64,000 nucleotides of DNA, taken from positions 79,918,001 to 79,982,000 of the forward strand of contig NC_042998.1 in the NCBI RefSeq assembly GCF_006345805.1, in the 5' to 3' direction. Numbering within the stretch: position 1 is the stretch's first letter; every line of letters begins with the position of its first letter. The notes beneath the pieces are model-generated. The model made no database searches and was not told the origin of the DNA. It saw nothing but the letters and a program-made list of their open reading frames with translations. Origin of the DNA: Octopus sinensis. Lineage: Eukaryota. The position numbers and the translations under genes are program-made. Shown piece by piece: positions 26,461-39,178 of this stretch.

Positions 26461-26880
26461 GGCACAGGCATAGCTGTGTGGCTAAGAAGCTTGCCTTCCA
26501 GCCATGTGCTTCTGAGATTGAACTCACTGCATAACACCCTGGGCAAGTGTCTTCTACTATAGCTCCAGGCTGACTAAAACCTTGTGAGTAGATTTGGTTG
26601 ATGGAAACTGAAAGAAGTCTGCCATATAAGTGTGTGTGTGTGTGTGTACCCTTGTCCTGACATCACATGATGTTTGTAAATAAGCATCACTGTTATTACA
26701 AGTGATGTTTGTTTTCTATTTTATGTGTAAAACATGTCGGGACATGAGAGATATTAACTCGATTGAAAACAGGTGAGTGTTGATAATAGGGGCAGCAACC
26801 AGCCACAGAAAATCTGCCTCAACAAATTTCATCCGATTCATGCAAGCATGAGAAAATGGATGTTAAACGATAATGACAGA
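26461..26880 (+). mobile_element. CORE-head SINE subfamily ending in an RTE-like tail
   Basis: Same head as above but a different body, ending catgcaagcatgagaaaatggatgttaaacgat; copies at ~5975-6230, 8750-9080 (-), 24690-25030, 25752-26445 and 37305-37590. Confidence 0.7.
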
Positions 26881-27041
26881 CAGACAGACACAAACACACA
26901 TATATATATATATATGATTGCTATCAATGGTTGTGTGGTTAAGAAATTTGCTTTGCAAGCATATTTCAGGTTCCATCCTACTGCATGTACAATAACAACC
27001 TAATTGTGTCGCAATCAGTTATATACTTTTTTTTTTTTTTA

Positions 27042-27230
27042 TTTGTTTCAGTCTATTGACTGCGGCCATGCTGGAGCACCACCTTTAGTCGAGCAAATCG
27101 ACCCCGGGACTTATTCTTTGTAAGCCCAGTACTTATTCTATCGGTCTCTCTTTTGCCGAACTGCTAAGTGACGGGGACGTAAACACACCAGCATTAGTTG
27201 TCAAGCAATGCTAGGGGGACAAACACACAT

Positions 27231-27271
<41 letters not shown>

Positions 27272-27436
27272 TACGACAGGCTTCTTTCAGTTTCCGTCTA
27301 CCAAATCCACTCACAAGGCATTGGTCGGCCCAGGGCTATAGCAGAAGACACTTGCCCAAGATGCCACGCAGTAGAACTGAACCCGGAACCATGTGGTTGG
27401 TTAGCAAGCTACTTACCACTCAGCCACTCCTGCGCC
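27042..27436 (-). mobile_element. Full-length tRNA-derived CORE-type SINE (young)
   Basis: On the minus strand: A/B-box head, CORE-like cttgggcaagtgtcttct, internal (TA)n, 3' gactgaaacaa; near-identical to 60446-60858. Confidence 0.85.
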
Positions 27437-27856
27437 TATAAAGGTTTCAGATTTTGAGGGGAAGGGATTAATTGATTAAATTGATCCCAATGTTCAACTA
27501 CTATTTCATCAACCCTGACAGAATGAAAGCAAATTTGATTTCAGCAGCCTTTGAACTCAAAGCAAAGTGCTGGAAGAAATGCTAAGTATTCTGTCCAATG
27601 TGCTAATGATTCTGCCAGTTCGCTACCTTAAACACAATAATAATAATTATTTCTAATATAGGACCTGAAATATGGGAGGCGACTAGTTCATTACAATGAC
27701 CCAAATATTTGACTGGTACTTCATTTTGATTCCTAAAGGATGAAAGACAAAGTTGACCTCTGTGGGGCTCTGTGCTAACAATTCTGCCAGATTGCCACCT
27801 TAAACATCAATATAATAATAATAATGACATGAAACTAACAAGACTTTTGTTTTTGT

Positions 27857-27862
27857 TTTATT
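27857..27862 (-). terminator. Candidate distal poly(A) signal AATAAA of the minus-strand gene
   Basis: tttatt on the + strand; followed on the minus strand by a U/GU-rich tract; sits at the boundary between repeat-poor and SINE-dense DNA. Confidence 0.4.
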
Positions 27863-30800
27863 TCTCTCCAAAGAATTCAAGACAAAAAGAAAATTAAAAA
27901 AAACTAACAAAAGTGTGAGAAGAATCAGTAGAAAAAAGTATAAAGAAGTTCAGATCTTTGTTGGTATAAAATAGACTTTTACCTTTCTACCTGTTAAATC
28001 ATCTGTAAGTTGAGATTTGATGATAGAATGAGAGGCTGTGACAATTTCTTTGACAAATGAAACATTAAACTCCCACTTCTGACAAGGAATGAAGGGAGAT
28101 TTAAAAAATCAAAAAAAATCCATAAAAACATTGGATTTTTAAAAAAAAATTTTAGCAGTTTTATTTTGAGGAAATAAGAATGAACTGAAATTTTAATGGT
28201 TGTTATGCTGAATTATATGTTTATTTCCAAATACACTGACTAAAGAGGTGTTGTAATATGTATGGACTAGGCGAGATTTTATAGGAAATTATTGCTGCTG
28301 TTGCTTCCTGGTAGTTCTGGGTTTTTTTTTTCTTTTTTCTTAAAACCATGTTAAACAAAAGAATTGTTTTGAAATAATAGCGATTATATTGAGTATATAG
28401 GTAACTACTCTTATAAATACTAAAGATTGGGACAGGAAGACGGGGATGTTTTGTTGGGATGAAGATATATATTTATATATAAAACAGATAACTTATTTTC
28501 ATGCTATAATGCTTTCCATCCCCTCCTCTTTGAAAAAAGGAAAAACAAAGCAAAACAAAAATGAAGCACACAAGCTATAAATATGAAAAAAAAAAAAAGA
28601 ATTTCTAAAGAAAATCTGCAAAATGACGCTTGTTAGTAAATTTAGTAAGTAAAATTAACAATTTTGTCATACACTGCTGCCAATCTGTAGCCAGTGTATT
28701 TAGGGGTAAGCAATGTATTAAAGTTAGACATTTCCAGTATCTTTGTTTGCATTAGTGGTGTAACTATATCGGCTCATTAGAACCAATTCTCTGTTTTAGA
28801 ATTAGAGAAGGGAGATGATGTCTGTCTTTTTTTTTTTTTTTTTTTTTTTTACTTTAATGCATATATCATCCCATTTCGTTCTCGTAATAGTCAACCTCTT
28901 TCCTTTTTGTGAAAGAAAAAAATTCTCTCTTTTAGAAAGTCATTTTCAACTTGAAGATCTGTGCTAAGATCCGTTCTCCTTTACTGTGGGATATCTATTT
29001 GTTACATGCATGATATATATGACATAACACCCATATTACACAGCTCTAACAATGGAAAAGGGTTGGGGAAATATAATTATTCACTTCTTATTCTAAAGGG
29101 TTGGCTGGGATTGAGGTGGTGTGCACTATATATATAACCAGATGATATACACTAGACCACAAAATGAGAAGGTAGGACTAGATAACAAAATCTTAATAAC
29201 TATTATATGAATTCCTGTATGTATCACACAAAGATACTCTAAAACAATTGGGTGCAAAACAGGGGAGTTAAAAGTTGACCTTTAACCTATAAATGTGTAT
29301 GTATGCGTATATATATATATATAATTTCAACTGAAGCCCACTTAATTCATTTTGTGTGTATTTTGGGAACTTTTTATAAACTGAAATTGGAAATGAAAAG
29401 TTAAAAAAACACATTAAACTTCAATAAAAAATGTAATGTAAAGAAAGATTTAAATTGGATCCCCCCCCTCTTTTTTTTTTAAATACAGGAAGTTAAAGTT
29501 TTAATTCCAGCTTTTGTGCTTCCTTTGAATTTAGTTTATAAAATTACATCAGTTTTATCAATTTCAAACTTCAGTACAATGAATTGTATTGAAAGACTGA
29601 AAAATAAAATGTAAAAACAGAAATTAAGAGAAAAAAAGACTTGAAAATGAAAATTTCCATTATTTATGTGTATAATTATTTTCTTTCATTAGCTTCAGTT
29701 GCTGGACTGTAGGCACATTAGCATGCTATATATATTATATATATATATATATGCATGTGTGTGTATTATATATATATATTGTATGTATTGTTACAATTGA
29801 ACTTCACTTGCTAGTTTACTTCTGTGAAGGGTCTCTACCAAAATTTACATTGATCACATAGCAGTTATGACTTATTTCACCACTAATATATTCAACAATC
29901 TGATTCCCAATGGGAGATTTAACTTGAATTGAAAATGTGTAAGAACTATAGAACTAGGAAATTAAGGGAAGGGGGATAAAGTTTGTAAAAAATGAAAACA
30001 GAAAAAGAAAAACTTCTCTTTATCTTAAAACAAAGAGCAATGATGTGTACCTACTAAATGCTTATCTGGAGTGGAATAACTAGAAAAAGTTAAGTTTCTA
30101 TTGGAGTAAGACTCTTAAAACTTGAATCTTCCATCTAATGTTTTCCTTCTCCAAATAAAGAATATTTCGGCAACCAAAGTATTTCACATGACATTTTTTT
30201 TTTTATTTCCATGCAATTAATTTGTAAGATTAAATTAATAGTTATAATTGTAATTGTTTTTGACAAAAATGACAATACTTGAAACTCATCTCAGAGAGAG
30301 AAAAAGAGATGAACAAATAAAATAAGTAAATAAATTAGAAAATTCTAGAATATCTAAACCTTACTCTGTTGACAAACTAATTTCAGAACATCATCACAGA
30401 ACCGCTTTTGCAAATAAAGCAAGCATCAGACAAAAGCTTTTGTTGTTTAGCTCCAGTCTGCATCTTGTTTGAACAGGCCTCTGATCAAAGGCATTCCAAC
30501 ATAACTATCCTGGATTATTCGTAATGAGCAACATTATCCAATATGTCCTTCTCTGTTGGTATTTTGAGCCAGTTAGTCGCAAGTTGAGGGAGATTTGGTT
30601 ACTATTTCTAACAGACTGAAGCTGTCTTATTGGTCATATCTTATGAATTATCTGATTTCTTTACAGAGATAAAAGAGTAAATTATATATTTATTATTGAA
30701 AGATAAGGTAGGATCAGGTTGTTAAACTGTATATATAAAAAAATATAAATACACAAAGTTGCATAGAATATATCAGGTATTAACCTCATTTTTTACCTTG

Positions 30801-33800
30801 CTAGCCTAACTAATGAAAACTAAAAACTATGGTCAAAAGCATTCCATTTATGTTTTATATATATATATCATTGTCCTACCTGTCATTCTTTATTTAAAAT
30901 GGCAGGGTATAGTTTGAGAGATTAGGCTCTTATTTCTTGCAGGTCTGAATTGCTTGCATAAAGGTTCCCTCACTGAGATAAGAGTATGATGATGATAAAG
31001 GTGTTTGTAATAGAGTAAGTGTTATCCTCCTTTATTTACAAACCAACAATATAGATAGTAATAATAACACCATTTAAACCTATCTAATAGAACTACTACC
31101 TGCACAGATTAATTCATAGATAACAAAACTACCTGCCTAGTTAGGAAGACTACCTGTATTGAATATTTAGGAAATTTTAATACATTTCTGGGGGACACTG
31201 AATTTTTTTTCAATTTTTTTTTACCATAATAGATTTAAAAAAAAAAAATCAAAAAATACAATGTAAAAACTAAAACCCCATTCCAATCATTGTAAAATGT
31301 GCTGTCCTTAGTAAAGTTGGACAAGCATAACATTCTGCTGCATTGAATTCTATTGTAGAAAATATTAATGTTACTTTATAGTGTTTTGTTGTATTTTTTT
31401 AAAACACCATATTGGTAAGTGGTGGTCATGGGAGGTGTCATTTGGACCCAAATACTTAACACGAAAACAAGAACCTCCTATTTCCCACCCTCCAATAAAC
31501 ATATGGACTGGACTGAACTGAACAACAACATAGTAATATAACGTGAATATTAATACTCAGAACACATCAAGTATTTTAAGTTTGAAATCCCTTTTAATAT
31601 GAAAATAAACCAAAGGCTTTAATACTCATTTTCAGATGCTCTTGAGCCATGTTCTGACCACTAGTCATTGCACCGGTCATGAGATGTTGGTTTTTAAGTT
31701 GTCACCTCCATTTAGGGAGCATAACGAAAAGTAAGATTCACCTGAGACCAGGTATACACGTATTACACTAAAAATGAAATGCACAAAGTTTTATACATTG
31801 TGTGGTGAGTGGATGGTTAAAATGCTGGTCTGTAGAGACACAGGTCATGAGTTCAAACCTGGTCATCAGCATTTTTGTTGCCTCTCAGAAAAGCATACTG
31901 TACTTAGTCGAAACTAAGATGATGAATTAGGCATCACTCAAACTGGTTAACATTAAGGAAGGGCATTTAACCATAAGATAATCTGTTCCAAATAGAAAAG
32001 TTTAAATTTACAGAACCATTCAATCCATGATAGCATGAAAGAAACCATGTTAAAAAGAAAAAGACAATTGAAGAAAAAGTACATAATTTTGAAGTCTGAG
32101 CACCATTAATTTATTTAATACATGCCACAATCATGCACACAGATATGCATCAGCATGCACAAGTTCAATCCTCCTGTAATCCAGGCACATTACATAGAAA
32201 TTGAGATTCGAAAACACTAACACAGATATGAACTTAAGTGGCCATTAATCGAAAAGTGATGTCCCATACAGTTTATCCCTTATATATAATAAAGGGGACC
32301 TACAAATCCAAGCTGTATCCTCATTCATTACACCTGTGAGTATTAGCTAACAGAGTGTCTAGCAATGAAAGGTTTTCTTTAAAGGAAACCATTCATACAA
32401 ACTGAAATTCCAGGGTTGATTCATTAATCAAAGATCATAAATTCATTAAGTACAAGAATGGAAGGCTTAGAATTACATTTATTCCATCATTATTATTATT
32501 GTTTCAACAATAGATGGTTCAGATACATCATGAACAATATTGCTCTATTGGCCATTACCTGATGAGATGAACATGGCTCACATGTTATATATTGTAACAT
32601 TGTACAAACATATATTCATGATGTACCTAAATTATGTATTATTGAAACAATTGGAATAAAGAAATAAATGCAATACCATAACCATTCTTGGACTGAGTGT
32701 GTGCATGTATATAAATATATATATATATATATTATATGAGCTCACAAAGCAAAGAATAGAGGTGTGGAAAGGGTATACAACAGCTCTGCCTCCAACTTTT
32801 CACAAGATAAAAAGAGGGCAGTGATGAGCCATGAATAACCATGCTCCAAAAAACCTACAAAGCCATCTGTCTCAGGTTATATTGCAGTTCACAAAGTGAG
32901 AAACTGTCATAAATTTGCTTATGTAAAAATACCTTTGTTCACTTGTATTCAAACATACATTGATATAAATGAACTAATACTGAGATGATATCTAGTTCTA
33001 ATATTACACTCTGTAGACTGTATTGGGATAACAAATCACACATTTAATACCTGGTGCAAGTGGAACCTTCCACTTCATATTGGTCATTATAATCAACATA
33101 ACTACATTCTCAAACAGCAGTAGGGAGATGACAAGTGGGACATCACAAAGTGAAATGAACACATGCCACAGTAGCAGTAATTATAAGAAAGGAAGGTTTC
33201 TTAGACAGGTAGAAACTTAAGGGAAAGTCTTTTCAGTAATTGCTGAGCTAAAAAAAGTTGCTCAGCCAAAGTTAGCACATACAATTCATGAAAGTGCTGA
33301 AAAGTGATACAAGCTGAACTTCAAATTACAGAGATTACAGGACAATACTCAAGAGCCCAGGAAGGGTTGAAGATAAAGAGAGTAGTAACCCCTTATTTAA
33401 GTAACAGCAGACTACTCAGTAGAGATAAGTGGGGTTACATTATCACTGTGTTGGAAACATGAACTCATTAGATGTCATTTCATAAGCAAAGACTAATGTC
33501 AGTAACCTGTTGCCCATGATACAGCAATAAAGGGTTTACTCTGTTTTTGAGAGTAAATCAGTCGTCAGGTGAGGAGAGAAATTGAGCTTCACAAATTTGA
33601 GACAAAAGGGATAGTGAATTTCTCTGACTGAGGTAGTTATGCTGCTGTTATTTACCATAAACAGCCACTATAGAAATGAGAGAAGACTGTTCTGATACAA
33701 ATATGGGATGTGTATGGAAGATGACAGGTGAATAAAGAAGTACAAAGTGATCTGACTGGAAGGAACCTGTGGAAGAGGAAGACTGAGGAAGAAGTGGTGA

Positions 33801-36099
33801 AGGTTAACCTCAGGATGCTGAACCTCGTGAAGATGATAAGCAAAAGCAACGAGTGGTAAGACACTGTACCGGAGGAAAACCATGCAGTCCATGCAAGCGT
33901 GAAAAGAAAAAGGTGATGATAATATCCATTAGAAATCATGGCAGGATGCTTAACTCAGCTAATAGGTATTTTCTTAGAGAAGCTCCTTAAGAACCATATC
34001 AAGGGCATGTTTACTCCAGCAAATCTAGTATCATAGAATCAACCATATTCAATCAAGAAGTACTGCCAAACACTTTTGAGTAGACATTCATTCATCTTAA
34101 ATTGTGAAGTATTTATACCAGTGAAGAATCCCCTTCCTACTCTAATGAAGTATCTTGTATTTTAGAGCATTTAATCACTGCTGTCATACTATCCTGCCTT
34201 ACCTCCTGGTAGATCTGCTTGACCAAGTATGGGCAAGATCAGGAGAATGGCAAATATGTAAATATATCCAGAAGCTGGAGTAGATTATCTTGATTCGGGA
34301 AAAAATTTATAAATTTCTTCATTCTCACGAACAACTACAGAGAATGGAAACATCCTCCAAGACAAACATTACTTTAGATTTAATGATGCATACACACATG
34401 CATATGTATTTAGACATACACTCACACACATATATACACATGCACACACATAGATTTACAAAGTACTCAATATATGTAGCAGAGTTCATTTATTTAAAGT
34501 TAAAGGCTTCCTTCAGCCATTACTCTGAATTTTTGGTATCTATGTTTCACAAGAAACTTAGAATAGTGATAGACAAAATCCTCAACTTGCAAATAAATGA
34601 ATATATATATATATGTGTGTGTGTGTGGTGTGCGTGTGCATGTGTGTTTATACATATGTCATAGCTTTTTCTTATTTTTTTCTTTTTTTTAAATGAATTT
34701 AGAATTAATAAACATTTCTAAAACTGATAGGTATCATAGCAAAAAAAAAATGGTGAGACTATTTTTTGGGGTTTTCTTTCTTTTTTTTTGTGTTTGGCAC
34801 GTAACTTTTCTGCAAATATTTGGAATGACTTAACAGCTAAAAATCTCAGGTACAAAAGACTATTTCTAAAAATTTTATCATTCTTTTTTTTGGGGGGGTT
34901 ATTTTTGTTGATTCTGAAGGCATTTCTAGTGTAAAAGTTGAATCTTTTTATTTTCAATTAAAAAAAAAAATTTTTTTATAGTACTTGAACTTATATGAAG
35001 TTCTGAAGTAGTTAAAAATAACTGATTTCATTGGTGAAATTCTGGGGAGATGACAAATTAATGACAGATGCAATATTGGAATTAAAAAAAAGTATAATAA
35101 TAATAATAATAATAATAAAAAAACTTTTTTTTTACAATGCTACTTTCCAATCAACAACAGGAACAAAAATGATTTACATATACACAATTTCAAAATTCTT
35201 TGTAGCAAAACCGTTTTGGGATGTAGGTGGGGAAATTGATAAAAAAAACAAACCAGTTTTGATTTATGCTTTTTTTTCTTTTTATGAAGAAAAAAAAAAG
35301 ACAACTCATATCTAAAGTAAGATTAAAGTTTAAAACTATCTAAAAAAAAATAAAAACTTTTTAAAATGTAAATTTTCTAAGAATATAATTCAGCTTTCTC
35401 AAAGTAATTTTTTTTGCTCAATTTATTAATATTAATTAATATTATAATTTTTTTGTTTCATTTCTGTTGCTTTTTTTTTTTTTTAATTTTTTTTGTTTGT
35501 TTTGTAATAAGAAGTATAAAAGTAGAAAACTTTGGTACAGCAGGCAAATTCTATGAAATAATTGATTAAAATAAGGCTGGATCTGGGAACAGCAAATCCT
35601 GTGGTTAGTAAACTCCAAAGATGCCAGGAAATCATTCTGCTTAAATTTGAATTATAATATAATATGTTGGATTCAGTTAATTCATGATAATTTATATACC
35701 GAAACCGCTAAAAATCCACAGATTTTCAGTCAATTCTTTTCTTAATTAGAAAGTTTTGCTGTGCAAATGATCGAAATATTCGAAAAAAAAAGATAAGCAA
35801 AATATGACAGATCTTGTGGTTAATCAGCATATATAAATTTACATCCTTCCTGACTTCATAAAAAGAACCCATTATTATTTATTATTAGTATTAACATGCT
35901 CTCTTTCTCTCTCCCCTATTTCTCCTTTGTTTATTTTTTTAAAACATTTTTTAAAAAATTATGGTTAATGGGATCAGGATGGGGCAGGAGGGGGGTGTTT
36001 ATATTGACTTTTTTTATTTATTTTTTTTTTTTGACGGGGCCTGAAACAAAAGTTCAAAGTATGAGAAATGAATAAATAAATGACCAAAAAGCAAAATTT

Positions 36100-36169
36100 A
36101 AATATTATACACACGCATACACGTGTATGTATGTGTATATGTATACACACACACACATGTATGTGTGTG

Positions 36170-36227
<58 letters not shown>

Positions 36228-36400
36228 TACATATATATTTATATACAAACAAATATATATTATGAATATTTATATATATTCTAAAACATACACAAACATA
36301 TGCATACACGTTTTTACATACATATATTTATATATACTTACATACAAATATATATACGTATTTGTGTGCGTATGTGTTTGCATACATGATGTGTGTGATT
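36100..36400. repeat. Compound (TA)/(CA)/(TG) microsatellite in the proximal 3'UTR of the minus gene
   Basis: Directly visible. Confidence 0.9.
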
Positions 36401-36477
36401 GAGCCATGTTAGCACATGGCTGAATATATTGCTGCCCTCATTAGAAAAATCTTCATAAAGAAAATGCAACGATGTTA

Positions 36478-36914
36478 TTATGATTCACAGCAAGAGTCAC
36501 TCAGAGATAAGGTACTTGCAGAAATTGCATCTTCAGGAGAGTCAAGAGAGTCACCTGAACAATTACCTAAGAGTTCAATAGCAGTCACTCGTGCTAGACT
36601 GCCACGAGAAGAACTATCTGTTTGTTTCCATACTTTCTTTGATAACAGCTGTGACCTCTTTGAATCATAGAACTTATTGGGAGCAGTTGGAGAAATATCT
36701 GTTGATTTAGAAGAGTGAGATACTGGACTTAGTTCTGTAAGTAAATCCTCTGAGTTATTGTCTGGCATTATGGTTTCAGAATTGGTACTTGATGTTGAAA
36801 ACTGATCCAGAAAATCAAATGCAGACACAGCTTCTTTTTCTTGGTGGCCAAACCTTGTAAAGAGGTTGTGGAAGTTAGTTTGTGCATTTGCTCTTGATAC
36901 AAGTTTTTGTCGTC
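36478..36914 (-). CDS. Same gene, terminal coding exon F (GRQKLVSR...FTRFGHQEKEAVSAFDFLDQF...SCCES*)
   Basis: ttttttag acceptor in phase 1; open frame to TAA at 36480-36478. Confidence 0.85.
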
Positions 36915-36977
36915 CTAAAAAAGAAAATAGGAAAATATATAAATATGTTAAATTGAGGTTAATATTTTAAAGCAAGT

Positions 36978-37201
36978 TTAACTCCTTAGCACTGAAACCA
37001 ACCATATCTGGCCCAAATATTCTGTTTTATGTTAAATCTGGCCAGATCTGGCCTCCCATACCTAGCCTACCATGTCATTCTAAAAATAAACAATCACATC
37101 ATCAAACTATCAAAGCTACAAGGAAATGCCTGATTAATTCAAAACAATGTGAAAAAATAAGCATTACATTTGATAGAGCAATCTTAATGCTAAAGGGTTA
37201 A
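36978..37201. mobile_element. piggyBac-like MITE (TTAA-bounded)
   Basis: ttaactccttagca ... tgctaaagggttaa; an inverted sister copy lies at 48062-48285. Confidence 0.7.
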
Positions 37202-37777
37202 AAATAACAACAGACCATTTACTTATAGTGGAGAACTTAATATTGAAAGTAGAATGCTTGTAATGGGACAAGAGTCAACACTTATAGAAATATATATTTA
37301 CTGAGTAAGTATCTTCTACTACAGCTCAGAGCTAACCAAAGCCATGTGAGTGGATTTCTTAAATAGAAACTGAAAGAAGCCTGCCGTATAACATTGTGCA
37401 ATGCTTGAAATGAATACCACTGTCATTCATTTCCAGTATCCTGAGTAAACATATCTGGTCATGGAAATATTACCTTACTTAGAAACAGGTGAGGGCTGGC
37501 AACAGGAAGGACATCCAACTAGAAAATCTACTTCAGTAAACTCCGTTTGACTCATGCAAGCACGGAAAAGTGAACACTAAAGCAATATTGAATAACTTTA
37601 CTTTGTAACTCAATTTGCAAACACATACATACAAAATAGCTTATGGTATAACTGAGAGGAATAATACTCAATCCTAGAATGCATTTAATCTAGTAGTCTC
37701 TAGATAGAGTCCCCTCCTCTATCTTTGAGGTTTCTTTAATAACTACTGTTAGATTTCTAAATTAGAAGCATACTGAC

Positions 37778-37886
37778 CTTTCTTATGTTTAAACATGGGA
37801 ACTGATAACTGTTCATCACTGCTGCTGTCTTCACTTTCGTTGGCTGTATTTATGTCAATCATAGAGTCCAACATGTCAGCACGAGT
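37778..37886 (-). CDS. Same gene, exon E (TRADMLDSMIDINTANESEDSSSDEQLSVPMFKHKK)
   Basis: cctacag acceptor, AAG|gtcagt donor; 109 nt, phase 0/1, matching the last exon. Confidence 0.83.
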
Positions 37887-38287
37887 CTGTAGGAATAAAG
37901 AACATAACATTAACATATACTATTTATAGTATTCCATTAACATAAAATATTCTCAATATTTTTTAACATAATATACTATTAACATACAATACCATTAAAC
38001 AGTGTATACCTGTAATATAATATGTCATTAACGACAAAACACTGACTCGAAAAATGACCAGCTAAGCGAATTTAACTTACAACCTGTCATTCATATTCAT
38101 TTTTTAAGCGTTGATTCGTAACCCTAAATCCCGTTTCTCTATTATTTGTTTCGCCATCTTGTATGCATGGCTTCCTGTCTGTCATGCATTTTAAATTCCT
38201 CCTTTAATTTCAGTGTCATCCCGTTGTTATTCCATCCCCAGAATTCACTACAATATTCTCCCTCTCTCCTATTTATATGTGTTTAAT

Positions 38288-39007
38288 CGAACCCCGAAGT
38301 TTCTAGATGTTCAGTAATTTCTGTCGCAGAAAATTCCCTACGTATTAACTTAAAACCTGTTGTTCCTTCGTCGTTATTCCTTTCCCCAAAGATACCCTAA
38401 ATTCCCTACGAAATATTTTCTCTCTCTCTTATTTATATTACGTTCTCCTCGAACCCCGAAGTTCCTAGATGTTCAGTAATTTCTGTCGCAGAAAATTCCC
38501 TACGTATTAACTTAAAACCTGTTGTTTTCCTCCGTCGTTATTCCTTTCCCCAAAGATATCCTAAATTCCCTACGAATATTTTCTCTCTCTCTATTTATAT
38601 TACATTCTTCTCGAACCCCGAAGTTTCTAGATGTTCAGTAATTTCTGTCGCAGAAAATTCCCTACGTATTAACTTAAAACCTGTTGTTCCTTCGTCGTTA
38701 TTCCTTCCCCAAAGATATCCTAAATTCCCTACGAATATTTTCTCTCTCTCTTATTTATATACGTTCTCCTCGAACCCCGAAGTTCCTAGATGTTCAATTT
38801 CTGTCGCAGAAAATTCCCTACGTATTAACTTAAAACCTGTTGTTCCTCCGTCGTTATTCCTTTCCCCAAAGATATCCTAAATCCCTACGAAATATTTTCT
38901 CTCTCTCTTATTTATATTACATTCTTCTCGAACCCCGTTTCTAGATGTTCAGTAATTCTGTCGCAGAAAATTCCCTACACGTATTAACTTAAAACCTGTT
39001 GTTCCTT
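38288..39007 (+). repeat. ~160-bp tandem array (4.5 units, alternating A/B variants) directly 5' of the RTE ORF
   Basis: cgaaccccg unit starts at 38288, 38450, 38612, 38771 and 38929. Confidence 0.95.
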
Positions 39008-39178
39008 GGAGGTGACCCCGCCCTCCCACCCCTCTACCAGAACCGAAGTTTCTGTTTTCTATCTTTCTTGACCCCCCCCCCCCCCCACCCCTATGTAGGG
39101 TTTATTGTGATCATATAGCGCAAAAACTTTGAAATTTATGCAGGTTGTAGTCTAGAGTCTCAGTATGATATCTGGCAA

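Noticed and set aside
35974-36402. [12 protein letters not shown] ORFs (also 17590, 19532, 27208, 34290, 45135, 60615)
   Set aside because: Dinucleotide microsatellite translations
38288-39007. CRISPR-like regular repeats
   Set aside because: Whole ~160-bp units repeat with no unique spacers; eukaryotic context; no cas genes
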